A DNA stretch of 64,000 nt from Candidatus Forterrea multitransposorum CG_2015-17_Forterrea_25_41. GTDB lineage: Archaea > Iainarchaeota > Iainarchaeia > Iainarchaeales > CSSED10-239. The stretch covers positions 192,001 to 256,000 of the forward strand of contig CP045477.1 in the NCBI GenBank assembly GCA_009392915.1. The letters are read 5' to 3'. Below the pieces are notes generated by a model. The model searched no databases. It was given only the letters and a program-made list of their open reading frames with translations, and was not told the DNA's origin. A program made the position numbers and the translations under genes. Positions 1-9,462 of this stretch are shown piece after piece; within the stretch, counting starts at the first letter, position 1; each line of letters opens with the position of its first letter.

Positions 1-142
1 CTTCTTGTTTTTCTTCTGGTAATTTAAGATATTTAGAAACTCCTTTCATTCCATAACCTACCATTAAACAATGTTCAAGGTTTGCTTTTTCTTTAATATG
101 TTTGTTTAATATTTCTATAGTTTTTTCTTTTGTATTGTTCAT
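1..142 (-). CDS. HD-domain phosphohydrolase, N-terminal fragment (gene continues beyond window start)
   Basis: Reverse-complement of 1-142 translates from ATG (142..140) as MNNTKEKTIEILNKHIKEKANLEHCLMVGYGMKGVSKYLKLPEEKQE; H-x-L-x-V followed by G..G is the typical N-terminus of HD/HDIG hydrolases; not in supplied ORF track because truncated. Confidence 0.35.
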   Translation of the reverse strand, partial: MNNTKEKTIEILNKHIKEKANLEHCLMVGYGMKGVSKYLKLPEEKQE

Positions 143-154
143 ATTTTAAAACCT

Positions 155-3100
155 TTAATTTTGATATTTATATCTTACAATAACAATTCCAGAACCACCA
201 TTTCCACCATTTGCTGATGAATTTGTTGCTGATCCGTTTCCACCATTTCCTGTGTTTGCAGCAGCAGAAGATGCATCTGAGTGAGCATCACCACCTTTAG
301 CATAAGTGTTTCCCCAAATGGTCATACCAGGACCTCCATTAGGTACTGTTCCAGGTCCTCCCGCTCCTCCTCCTCCACCAGCTCCAACATTAACAACAGA
401 GGTTGCACCAGGATATCCAAATCCTGTATTAGGATACCCATCATTTGTACTTGGTTGTGTTGCACTTCCACCATTTGCAGGCACTGCACTATAAAGGTTT
501 GCACCTCCACCTGAACCACCTGATGTACCATCTCTGGAAGGATTATCTCTTGATCCTCCACCACCACCACCATATGCAATTAAATTTTTAAATACAGAAT
601 TATTTCCATTATTTCCTGTAAAGTCTTGATTTGTAGAACCTGTTCCTCCTGCTCCTACAGTAACAGTAATATTTCCAGTACTTGAAAGTGTGTAGTCTTC
701 AACATATACAAGACCTCCAGCACCTCCTCCTCCAGGATTTCTTAAAGTATTTGTTCCTGCTTTTCCAGCACCTCCACCACCACCAACAACTAAAACATCT
801 ACTTTTCCCTCTCCTAATGTTGTTACATTAAATGTTCCACTTGATGTAAAAGTATGATATTTATAGTCTCCAGAAGTTGTAACTGTTCCTCCTGTTGCTT
901 CTAAATATCCTTGATTTATTGTTAAGTTTATAGATGCTCCTGCTGTTTGATATTGATCATTTACTATTAAAGTTATCTTATGTTCTCCTGATGATAGATT
1001 AGTTGTTGAAAAGTTACAAGTTGAACTTAAAGTTCCATCTATATTTGAATCCCAATAACATGAATGGCTTCCAGATGGATTTGTAATTGTTGAATTAAAA
1101 GTTAGGTTTTCGCCATAATTATGTGTTGATGAGTTTGAGGGAGTATCAATTGTAACTGATATTGGATTAGGTATGCTACGCATAAATATCCAAGATATAC
1201 CTACAATTCCAATTTCTTCAACTCTTAATAAAGGAATTGTACCATCGGGATCAAATGAAGAAATACTGACTGATGTAAAATCTCCACTTGTTCCTGTTAC
1301 AACTGTTGAATTATTAATTATTAAATTTCCTGAATTTGAAGAATAAGATGCAGCAGTAGATCCTAATCCATAATAGACTCTTAATTGGTTTATGTCACTA
1401 GGTCCATTCCATGTATTCATTGTAAGTAATCCATTATCTGCAGGTCCACTATAGAAAAATGATAAAAATTCAGGTCTTCTTGTATAACTTGCAAAATTAA
1501 CATTTACTCCATCATTATAATGTGTATAATAATCTAGATTATAACCATATGTAGATAGATCTGTAGTTAATATACGGTTACCATTCCATGCAGGATAAGA
1601 TGAGTCATAAGTATTATCTGTTGAAAATGAAGAATACAACATCCAACCTCCTCCATTATCTTCCATATTACAATAAATTTGAGTTGGAACTCCGTCTTTT
1701 AATATCCAATAAACTCCGTTTGTAGCACTTGGATTGTTATTTTTAATATACATTGCAGAAGGTGCTGCTTTTTCTGAAGAACTTCCATCTAAATCTATAA
1801 TTGTTATTGAAATATTTTTATCTATAGTTTGTTCTTGATCAGTAACAGATAATGTTATTGTATGTTCTCCAACTGTTAAACTACTTGTTGAAAAATCACA
1901 ATTACTTGATAAACTTCCATCTATAGATGATACCCAAGAACAACTATAACTTCCGTTTTCATTTTCTATTTGAGAATTAAAATCAATTGCTTCTCCAAAA
2001 CTGAATGTTTGTAAGTTTGTAGGAGAATTAATATTTATTGTAAGTTCTTCAACATATTCATTTTTAGTATTATCATAAATTGCTTTAATTTCATTTAAAT
2101 TTAAACTTCTGCCATATAGTCTATAGTCTGAAATCATTCCTTTAAAATATCTTGTATTTGTAGAATTTATTCCAAATTTAACTCCTCCACCTTGTGTTTC
2201 ATAACTATAAATTTCTTCTAATGTTTTTTCTAAGTTTCCATTAATATAACCTTTTAAAGTTTTTAATGTTTCATCATATGTAACTGTATAATTAATCCAT
2301 TTATTTTCTTCAACAGGATCTGAAAGCTCATAAGTTGAATATCCTCCATCTAAATCTCTCCATCTTATTTCCATTTTTTTATCAACAGGATTAATACTAA
2401 CTCTAAGATTATTTTTTTGAGACCAAAAGAAACTTTCATGTTCTAAACTTTGATTTTCTGTATAATATATCCATCCATTTATTGTAAATGAACTATAATC
2501 ACCTACATTTGAAACATTAATATAATCATTAGCTCCATCTAAATTTAATTTAGAACTACTATTCCAATTTGCAGTTCCAACAATACTTCCATTATTAGAA
2601 TTTCCTGAATAATCGTATACTGTGCTTCCTTCTCCTTCATCTATTTTCCAATATCCAATTATTTGATAATCAATACAGTCAAGTACATTATAGTTATTTG
2701 TTTTAATAGGTTTTACAATTTCTCTCCCTTTATCTGTATTTAATTTTAATATATAATTTTCTTCAGGAGCACATACAACATCTATTTCTTTAGTTTCTTT
2801 TTTTTCAATAGTTATTGGTTCTTCAAAAAATATATTTTTATTTAAATATTCTGTATCAACAGCATCTGATGCAATAAAATAACTAGTTAATACTAAATCT
2901 TGATTAATATTGTTGTTTGAAAGTACAATACTTTGATTTACAACTTCTTCAATTAAGATTTCATCTCCAATTCTTTGTATCTCAATTATAGGAATATTAT
3001 TATTTTTATCCACAACACTAAATCTTAATTCTTCAAGTCCAGGCATAATATCAATGTAGTTATAAAAAAGAATATTATTATTATAATCAATATTATAAAG

Positions 3101-3463
3101 TAGACTTGTTTCTTGTCTATTAATTATAAGTGATCCTATTTGGCTTTGTGTTTTTAGATTTTCAATACTTCTTTTATTTTTAATTTCTTGTCTTAAATAA
3201 AGATTACTTGAGTTATTATCAACTGTAATTGGGTCACTTAAATCTAAATAAACTTCTTTATAGCTTCCAACTTCTGAATCTTTTAAATCTGTTAAAATAT
3301 CATTAATATATGCTAAGTTATCTCTGTTGTTTTTCATTCTTTGTGAATCTTCTAGAGTTCCAAAATAATTCATTGCAAAATAAATAAATATACCTAAAAA
3401 TATAATACTTACAAAAAGAATTGCTATTCCTGAAAATAAAGATGTTACTCCTTTTTGATTCAT
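155..3463 (-). CDS. Large secreted/surface adhesin-like protein: class III (pilin-like) signal peptide, LamG/ConA-like domain, PKD-like repeats, fibrinogen-C-like domain, C-terminal glycine-rich domain
   Basis: 1102-aa ORF; N-term MNQKG|VTSLFSGIAILFV resembles archaeal prepilin signal; aa ~265-460 GxxDxSGNxNNGxxxGxxxW...DGxDDYIxV = Laminin_G_3-like; two SCSW/SCYW...GEHTITLSVTDQEQTI PKD-like repeats; aa ~580-610 GVYWILKDGVPTQIYCNMEDNGGGWMLY resembles fibrinogen C-terminal domain hallmark; last ~200 aa GGGGxG-rich ending IVIVRYKYQN. Confidence 0.75.
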   Translation of the reverse strand: MNQKGVTSLFSGIAILFVSIIFLGIFIYFAMNYFGTLEDSQRMKNNRDNLAYINDILTDLKDSEVGSYKEVYLDLSDPITVDNNSSNLYLRQEIKNKRSIENLKTQSQIGSLIINRQETSLLYNIDYNNNILFYNYIDIMPGLEELRFSVVDKNNNIPIIEIQRIGDEILIEEVVNQSIVLSNNNINQDLVLTSYFIASDAVDTEYLNKNIFFEEPITIEKKETKEIDVVCAPEENYILKLNTDKGREIVKPIKTNNYNVLDCIDYQIIGYWKIDEGEGSTVYDYSGNSNNGSIVGTANWNSSSKLNLDGANDYINVSNVGDYSSFTINGWIYYTENQSLEHESFFWSQKNNLRVSINPVDKKMEIRWRDLDGGYSTYELSDPVEENKWINYTVTYDETLKTLKGYINGNLEKTLEEIYSYETQGGGVKFGINSTNTRYFKGMISDYRLYGRSLNLNEIKAIYDNTKNEYVEELTININSPTNLQTFSFGEAIDFNSQIENENGSYSCSWVSSIDGSLSSNCDFSTSSLTVGEHTITLSVTDQEQTIDKNISITIIDLDGSSSEKAAPSAMYIKNNNPSATNGVYWILKDGVPTQIYCNMEDNGGGWMLYSSFSTDNTYDSSYPAWNGNRILTTDLSTYGYNLDYYTHYNDGVNVNFASYTRRPEFLSFFYSGPADNGLLTMNTWNGPSDINQLRVYYGLGSTAASYSSNSGNLIINNSTVVTGTSGDFTSVSISSFDPDGTIPLLRVEEIGIVGISWIFMRSIPNPISVTIDTPSNSSTHNYGENLTFNSTITNPSGSHSCYWDSNIDGTLSSTCNFSTTNLSSGEHKITLIVNDQYQTAGASINLTINQGYLEATGGTVTTSGDYKYHTFTSSGTFNVTTLGEGKVDVLVVGGGGGAGKAGTNTLRNPGGGGAGGLVYVEDYTLSSTGNITVTVGAGGTGSTNQDFTGNNGNNSVFKNLIAYGGGGGGSRDNPSRDGTSGGSGGGANLYSAVPANGGSATQPSTNDGYPNTGFGYPGATSVVNVGAGGGGGAGGPGTVPNGGPGMTIWGNTYAKGGDAHSDASSAAANTGNGGNGSATNSSANGGNGGSGIVIVRYKYQN

Positions 3464-3993
3464 TATTCTTCACTTTTATTAAAATCTAATAATTCTATTT
3501 CTATAATTATTTTATTTTCATCAAGATTATAATCTTGATAACTAAAAACATAATTTGTTTGTCCTTGATTTAAATTAATTAAATTACAATCTATGTTTAT
3601 TTGGGAATTATTGTTTATTGTTTTTTTAAAATAGGCTCTATTTGATTCTTTACTAACTTCAATATCTTTTATTGTAACTAATTGATCATCTCTAATCTCT
3701 GAGTTAAAGATTATTTCTCCTCTGATTTCATTTTGATTACAATCAATCTCTAAGACTTCTGGATTATATATTGTAATTTCTTTTGCTGAAAATCTAGATT
3801 TTGAAATTTCTTGAAAAGTATTTGAAATTAAATCTATGTTTTCAATCATTTGATCAAAATTATATTTTTCTTGATTTTTTTCAATAGTATCTTGCACCAT
3901 ATAAAGTATGCTTGAAAGAATGGCTATACTTACAAATATATATAGAAAGTATGAAAATAAATTTGCTGCTCCTTTTTCTTTTCTTAAAAACAT
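3463..3993 (-). CDS. Small pilin-like protein (class III signal peptide), hypothetical
   Basis: 176-aa ORF, N-term MFLRKEKG|AANLFSYFLYIFVSIAILSSILYMV (basic residues + Gly then long hydrophobic stretch); stop/start overlaps neighbouring genes, same strand as both flanking pilin-signal genes. Confidence 0.55.
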   Translation of the reverse strand: MFLRKEKGAANLFSYFLYIFVSIAILSSILYMVQDTIEKNQEKYNFDQMIENIDLISNTFQEISKSRFSAKEITIYNPEVLEIDCNQNEIRGEIIFNSEIRDDQLVTIKDIEVSKESNRAYFKKTINNNSQINIDCNLINLNQGQTNYVFSYQDYNLDENKIIIEIELLDFNKSEE

Positions 3994-4005
3994 ATTTTAA
4001 AACCT

Positions 4006-6414
4006 TTATTCTATATTTAAATTTAAATTTTCAGTAATAGTTTGTTCTTGATCTGTCACTGATAATGTTATTGTGTGTTCTCCAACAGACAATGTTGAAA
4101 TATTAATATCACAATTATCTAAAGAATATTGATTATTATATAGTTTTGAAACATCTTCTTGATCTATTGCTTCATCAAAAATTAAAATATCATCCATTTT
4201 ACCATTAAAAAAATGATCATAAGTTCCAACAACTCCATTATAAGCTATAGCAGCACCAATTGCAACTGGCAAGCTATTTGATATTGATCCATAAGTTCCA
4301 ATAGGAACACTAGCATCAAGAATTCCATTAATATAAAAATTTAAATCTTGGTTGTCTTTATAAGACATAATAACATTATACCAATTATTTTGAGCATATA
4401 GAGAACCACAATTACTACAACTTTTATAGTTACTTTGAGCATCATCAATACCAGAATAAATATCCCAATTACTAGAAACATTATTAATCATTAATTGCCA
4501 ACCTGCATAACTTCCTCCGGCACCTCTTCCTCTAGTATTAATTATTCTTTGATATCCAGAACCAGTAGGATTTATCCATGTTGATACAGTAATTTCATCT
4601 AAATTTGAACTAATATTATTATCTAAAGTTGCATAGCTTGAAGTTCCATTAAAACTTAATGCATTATTTTCTCTTCCAAATCTGTCTGTTGTTCTAGTTA
4701 CATTAAATAAAGTTCCGTCAATATTCCCTATATTATCATAAATAGTATCTCCTGTAGTTTCTTCAAATCTATATTCTGCATATGGTTTTTGATATGTTAA
4801 ATTTCCATCAATTGATGATGCCCAAGAACAAGAATAATTTCCTACATTATTTGTAATATTTGTATCTATTTCTATATTATCTCCTAAAGTATATACATTT
4901 GAATCAATATTTATTTCTGCATTTAAAGATGGATTTTCTACAGTTATATTTTTTGTTTCAGTAATAGTTTGTTCTTGATCGGTCACTGATAAAGTTATGG
5001 TGTGTTCTCCAACAGACAATGTTGAAATATTAATATCACAATTATTTGAAGAATATTGATTATTATATAGTTTTGAAACATCAGAACTAGAAATTCCATT
5101 ATTAAAAATAATAATATCATCTAACTTTCCATTAAAAAAATGATTAAAAGTTCCATACACTCCATTATATGCAACTGATGTCCCAATTGCTGTTGGTAAG
5201 CTGTTTGTTATATTTCCATATGGATCTAAATTTACACTTTCATCTAATTGTCCATCAACATAAAAATTAAGATTATTATCTTCATCAAAAGACATAACAA
5301 AATGATACCATTTTCCAAGTGTCAAACTATTTCCACAAGTGTTACAACCAGTAAATGGACTTGTTGAAGAATCAACTCCTGAATAAAGATAAAAATTACT
5401 AGTTGTATCATTAATTAATATTTGCCATCCTTCAACATCTGAAGCTGCAGATCCTCTTGTGTTTATAATTCTCTGATATGTACTAGATCCATTTGATAAA
5501 AACCATCCTGATATTGCAAATCTATTAAGTTCTTGACTTATATTATTATCTAATAAAACATAGCTTGAAGTTCCATTAAAGCTTAAAGCCTTATTTTCTC
5601 TTCCAAATCTATCTGTAGTTCTTGTAATGTTATATCCATTACCATCAATATTACCTATTAAATCATAAATTATATTTCCTGAAGTTTCATTAAAATCCCA
5701 TCTTGCATAAGGTGTTTTACTTGGTATTAAGTTTCCATCAATTGATGATGCCCAAGAACAAGAATAACTTCCAACAGGGTTATTTACTTCTGATGTGAAA
5801 TTAATTGGTTCTGAAAATAAGAAAGAAGTTGCTTCTATTGGATTTGAAATATCTATAGTTGTCACAGTTTCTATTGGATTTAGATTTGGTCTTTCTTTTT
5901 GAAGATTTAATTTTTCAGAAGAATCAATTTCTCTTAAAAAACTTATTTTGTTTCTACTTATTTTTTTAATATAAATAATTGTTTTTGTGTTATTAAGATA
6001 TATTCCTTGTTCTATATCTATTCCATTGATGTCTAAACCAACAATTAATTTTTCAAATTCTCTAAAAGTATAAATTTCTCCTTCTCTAATTAATTGTCCT
6101 TCTTTATAATAATTTCCAGAAATATTATGAAATATTTCTATTTTATCTAAATTAGAATCTGCTTCAAAACTTAAACCATCAAGGTCTATTACAAAAGAGA
6201 CAACAGATCCATTTGAATTTTCTAAAACTTCTTGTATTTTTCCTTGAATTTCTTCAATATACATTCTAGATTCTTCAAATTTTTGTTGTGAATTATTTCT
6301 TTCAATTGCAGGAACAACTCCTTGATAAATAAGTCCTACAACAGCAACAATAATAAATATAACTAAGATATAACTTAAAATTTCAGAAGCTCCTCTCTGA
6401 TTTAGTCTTTTCAT
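4006..6414 (-). CDS. Secreted surface protein with class III signal peptide and two tandem LamG/ConA-like + PKD-like repeat units
   Basis: 802-aa ORF; N-term MKRLNQRG|ASEILSYILVIFIIVAVVGLIY; two ~290-aa internal repeat units (aa 196-487 and 505-797) each with SYSCSWASSIDGNL, RWDFNETSGN / YRFEETTGD LamG signature, and terminal GEHTITLSVTDQEQTIT; repeat units also nearly identical at DNA level. Confidence 0.75.
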   Translation of the reverse strand: MKRLNQRGASEILSYILVIFIIVAVVGLIYQGVVPAIERNNSQQKFEESRMYIEEIQGKIQEVLENSNGSVVSFVIDLDGLSFEADSNLDKIEIFHNISGNYYKEGQLIREGEIYTFREFEKLIVGLDINGIDIEQGIYLNNTKTIIYIKKISRNKISFLREIDSSEKLNLQKERPNLNPIETVTTIDISNPIEATSFLFSEPINFTSEVNNPVGSYSCSWASSIDGNLIPSKTPYARWDFNETSGNIIYDLIGNIDGNGYNITRTTDRFGRENKALSFNGTSSYVLLDNNISQELNRFAISGWFLSNGSSTYQRIINTRGSAASDVEGWQILINDTTSNFYLYSGVDSSTSPFTGCNTCGNSLTLGKWYHFVMSFDEDNNLNFYVDGQLDESVNLDPYGNITNSLPTAIGTSVAYNGVYGTFNHFFNGKLDDIIIFNNGISSSDVSKLYNNQYSSNNCDINISTLSVGEHTITLSVTDQEQTITETKNITVENPSLNAEINIDSNVYTLGDNIEIDTNITNNVGNYSCSWASSIDGNLTYQKPYAEYRFEETTGDTIYDNIGNIDGTLFNVTRTTDRFGRENNALSFNGTSSYATLDNNISSNLDEITVSTWINPTGSGYQRIINTRGRGAGGSYAGWQLMINNVSSNWDIYSGIDDAQSNYKSCSNCGSLYAQNNWYNVIMSYKDNQDLNFYINGILDASVPIGTYGSISNSLPVAIGAAIAYNGVVGTYDHFFNGKMDDILIFDEAIDQEDVSKLYNNQYSLDNCDINISTLSVGEHTITLSVTDQEQTITENLNLNIE

Positions 6415-6513
6415 AATTATTCTTTATTTTTAAATATATTTTACTAATATATTATATATGAAATCTTTATAAACATATTTAATCTATATTATATATACAA
6501 TACAAAATATTGT

Positions 6514-6586
6514 GGTCCGAATAGTGTAGTGGTTAGCATATGGGTCTGTGGATCCCATGACTCGGGTTCGAATCCCGGTTCGGACC
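6514..6586 (+). tRNA. tRNA-His (anticodon GTG) with genomically encoded G-1
   Basis: Cloverleaf folded by hand: G-1 (6514) pairs with discriminator C73 (6586); acceptor GTCCGAA/TTCGGAC; anticodon arm TGGGT-CTGTGGA-TCCCA (31-39 T:T mismatch); T arm TCGGG-TTCGAAT-CCCGG. Confidence 0.8.
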
Positions 6587-6739
6587 CTCTTTATTCTTTT
6601 AAATTGTTTTAAAAATTATTTTTTCTATTTTTTTAAAAATATTTTTATATGTTTTGCCATTCATTTGTTTTTTTAAAAAAACAATCTATTTTTAAATCAT
6701 ATGATTTACTATATTTTTAAAATATAAAGGTGATATATA

Positions 6740-8188
6740 ATGCACGAAGATCTTTTTAACACCCTAAACCCACATCAAAAAGCATATATTAATTTTGAAA
6801 TTCCAAATGTTAAAAATGGAGAATATATGTTATGTGCTTTCCATTTAAGACCTGGAGGAGATTTAAATATCTTACAAGCAGCTTGTGAAACAGCAGCTGA
6901 ATCTTCAACTGGTACAAATTTTTTAGTAAACACAGAAACTCCTTTTGCAAGAGAGATGAATGCTTTAGTTTATAAATTAGATTTAGAAAAAAGTTTAGTA
7001 TGGATAGCATATCCTTGGAGACTTTTTGATAGAGGAGGAAATGTTCAAAATATCTTAACATACATTGTAGGAAATGTTTTAGGTATGAAAGAAGTTTCTG
7101 CAATTAAACTTTTAGATGTTTGGTTTCCACCAGCTATGCTTGAACAATACGATGGACCTTCCTATACTTTAGATGATATGAGAAAATATTTAGATGTTTA
7201 TGATAGACCAATTTTAGGAACAATTATAAAACCAAAAATGGGTTTAACTTCAGCAGAATATGCAGAAGCATGCTATGATTTCTGGGTTGGTGGAGGAGAT
7301 TTTGTTAAAAATGATGAACCTCAAGCAAACCAAGATTTCTGTCCATATGATAAAATGGTAAAACATGTAAAAGAAGCTATGGATAAAGCTGTAAAAGAAA
7401 CTGGTCATAAAAAAGTACATTCTTTCAATGTTTCAGCTGCAGATTATGATACAATGATTGAAAGATGTGAAATGATTGTTAATGCAGGTTTTGAAAAAGG
7501 ATCTTATGCATTTTTAATAGATGGAACTACTGCAGGTTGGATGGCAGTTCAAACTTTAAGACGTAAATATCCTGATGTTTTCCTTCATTTCCATAGAGCA
7601 GGACATGGAGCATATACAAGACCTGAAAATCCAATTGGTTTTTCTGTTTTAGTATTATCTAAATTTGCAAGACTTGCAGGAGCTTCTGGTATTCATACAG
7701 GAACTGCAGGTGTAGGAAAAATGGCAGGTACTCCAACAGAAGATATTACAGCTGCAACTGGTATTTTAAAATTAGTCTCAGAAGGACATATTTTCCATCA
7801 ATCATGGTCAACTGTTCCTGAAAAAGATTTAGATGTTGTAAAGCTTGCACAAGAGGATGAAGCTCATCATGTTATCTTAGAAGATGATAGTTGGAGAGGT
7901 CTTAAAAAATGTACTCCAATAATCTCTGGTGGTCTAAATCCAACTCTTCTTAAACCATTTATTGATTTAATGGGTGGAGTTGATTTTATAACAACTATGG
8001 GTGCTGGTTGTCATGCTCATCCAAAAGGTACACAAGCAGGCGCTAAGGCTTTAGTTCAAGCATGTGAAGCATACCAGAAAGGAATTTCTATTGAAGAATA
8101 TTCAAAAGATAGACCTGAGCTTGCAGAAGCTATTGAGTTTTTTACAAAGAAAAAGCATGTTGATAACTTAAAGAAGGAGTTTTCTTAA
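6740..8188 (+). CDS. rbcL: Ribulose-1,5-bisphosphate carboxylase/oxygenase large subunit, form II/III (archaeal/DPANN type)
   Basis: 482-aa ORF with catalytic signature residues: GTIIKPKMGL, GGDFVKNDE (carbamylated Lys + metal ligands), HFHRAGHG, ISGGLNP; GGTG RBS upstream. Confidence 0.9.
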   Translation: MHEDLFNTLNPHQKAYINFEIPNVKNGEYMLCAFHLRPGGDLNILQAACETAAESSTGTNFLVNTETPFAREMNALVYKLDLEKSLVWIAYPWRLFDRGGNVQNILTYIVGNVLGMKEVSAIKLLDVWFPPAMLEQYDGPSYTLDDMRKYLDVYDRPILGTIIKPKMGLTSAEYAEACYDFWVGGGDFVKNDEPQANQDFCPYDKMVKHVKEAMDKAVKETGHKKVHSFNVSAADYDTMIERCEMIVNAGFEKGSYAFLIDGTTAGWMAVQTLRRKYPDVFLHFHRAGHGAYTRPENPIGFSVLVLSKFARLAGASGIHTGTAGVGKMAGTPTEDITAATGILKLVSEGHIFHQSWSTVPEKDLDVVKLAQEDEAHHVILEDDSWRGLKKCTPIISGGLNPTLLKPFIDLMGGVDFITTMGAGCHAHPKGTQAGAKALVQACEAYQKGISIEEYSKDRPELAEAIEFFTKKKHVDNLKKEFS

Positions 8189-8247
8189 ATTAATTTTTTT
8201 AAGAAAATCTTTTTCTTTTTTTCTTTGTTTTTTGGACAAGAGGTTTT

Positions 8248-8844
8248 GTGTTTATGCAGATAGATAAAAGTAAAATTTATTTTGAAACAGATCGTTTAAT
8301 AATAAGATTATTAAAGCCATCTGATGCTTCTGATATTTTTGAAAATTATAAGGATAAAGTATATTCTAAAAATATACCTAATCTTCCTTATCCTTATACT
8401 TTAAAACATGCAAATGATTTTATTAAAAAAAATAAATCTAAAATTAATAGAAAAAAAGATCCTGGAATTGAGTTTGCAATTTTTTCAAAAGAAGAAAATC
8501 GAGTTATTGGTGGTGCTTCTTTAAACCATATTGATTTTAAAAATAAAAAATGTGAAAGCGCTTCTTGTCTTTCAAAAAAATATTGGGGTAAAAAATATAT
8601 TTATGAAGCAAAGCTTGAAATCTATAAATATGCTTTCAATATTTTAAAATTAAATAAAATTTATGCTGATGTTTTTACTTATAATTTAAGAAGTAAAAAG
8701 CATTTAGAAAAGTTAGGTTTTAAGGAAGTCGGGCTTAAAAGAAAAGATATCTTCCATAAAAATAAGTTTATAGATCTTTACAGGCTTGATCTTTTAAAAG
8801 AGGAATTTAAGTATAAAGATTTAAAGAAAAATCTTCTTTCTTAA
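8248..8844 (+). CDS. GNAT family N-acetyltransferase (RimJ/RimL-like)
   Basis: 198-aa ORF; LETDRLIIRLLKPSDA N-terminal motif and length typical of RimL-type acetyltransferases. Confidence 0.55.
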   Translation: MFMQIDKSKIYFETDRLIIRLLKPSDASDIFENYKDKVYSKNIPNLPYPYTLKHANDFIKKNKSKINRKKDPGIEFAIFSKEENRVIGGASLNHIDFKNKKCESASCLSKKYWGKKYIYEAKLEIYKYAFNILKLNKIYADVFTYNLRSKKHLEKLGFKEVGLKRKDIFHKNKFIDLYRLDLLKEEFKYKDLKKNLLS

Positions 8845-8967
8845 TTTTTTTTTAATTTTTTAGAAAAATTTAAAAACTTTTCTAGAAAATATTTTTATTT
8901 TTTTTGTTACATTATATATTTATTAACAAAAACTATTTTTAAAAAAACAAAAAAAGGTGGTGTAACT

Positions 8968-9447
8968 ATGAAAAAATATACTATCTGGGATGAAATGAGA
9001 AGAATGCAAAGAGAGATGGATTCTTTATTTGATGACTTTGTTTATTCTCAAAAACCATATCTTCTTTCAGGTTCTAAAAAAGATGAAAATTCTTTAACTT
9101 CTTTAGAAAACTATAGAGAACCAGTTTGTGATGTTAAAGAAGATAATGATAAATATAATCTTTCTTTAGAAATTCCTGGTTCAAAAAAAGAAGATATTAA
9201 AATAAATGTAAATGATAACAACTTAGAAATAAAGGTTGAACATAAAAGTGAAGAAAAAAAAGAGGATAAAGAAAAAGGTTACTATAGCTATTCAAAAAGT
9301 TATTCTGGCTTTTATAGATCCTTCTCTCTTCCAAGAAATATAGATAAGGATAACATAGATGCAGAGTACAAGGATGGTGTCTTACATCTTAAACTTCCAA
9401 AAAAAGAAATATCTTCTTCTTTAAACAAGTTAATAGAGGTTAAATAA
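8968..9447 (+). CDS. Small heat shock protein, Hsp20/alpha-crystallin family
   Basis: 159-aa ORF; alpha-crystallin domain pattern (PVCDVKEDNDKYNLSLEIPG...EDIKINVNDNNLEIK...FYRSFSLP...DAEYKDGVLHLKLPK); AAGGTGGTG RBS. Confidence 0.8.
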   Translation: MKKYTIWDEMRRMQREMDSLFDDFVYSQKPYLLSGSKKDENSLTSLENYREPVCDVKEDNDKYNLSLEIPGSKKEDIKINVNDNNLEIKVEHKSEEKKEDKEKGYYSYSKSYSGFYRSFSLPRNIDKDNIDAEYKDGVLHLKLPKKEISSSLNKLIEVK

Positions 9448-9462
9448 TTTTTTTAACCTCTT

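Noticed and set aside
281-579. Three small ORFs (281-514 +, 306-494 +, 322-579 -) including a Pro-rich peptide
   Set aside because: They lie entirely inside the glycine-rich C-terminal region of the 1102-aa gene. Poly-Gly codons (GGN) read as Pro (CCN) on the antisense strand, so these are mirror artefacts of low-complexity coding sequence.
155-781. Collagen-like (G-X-Y) repeat domain
   Set aside because: The glycines occur in GGGG/GGGGG blocks rather than in strict every-third-residue periodicity, and Pro is scarce. It is treated as a glycine-rich (PGII-type) domain instead.
6810-7103. 97-aa antisense ORF inside the RuBisCO gene
   Set aside because: It is fully overlapped by a strongly supported conserved CDS, and its Lys/Leu-rich composition is typical of an AT-rich antisense frame.
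6740-8188. RuBisCO-like protein (non-carboxylating RLP) rather than true RuBisCO
   Set aside because: The carbamylated Lys, metal-binding Asp/Glu, and the HxHR and SGG motifs are all intact, so a bona fide carboxylase is more likely.
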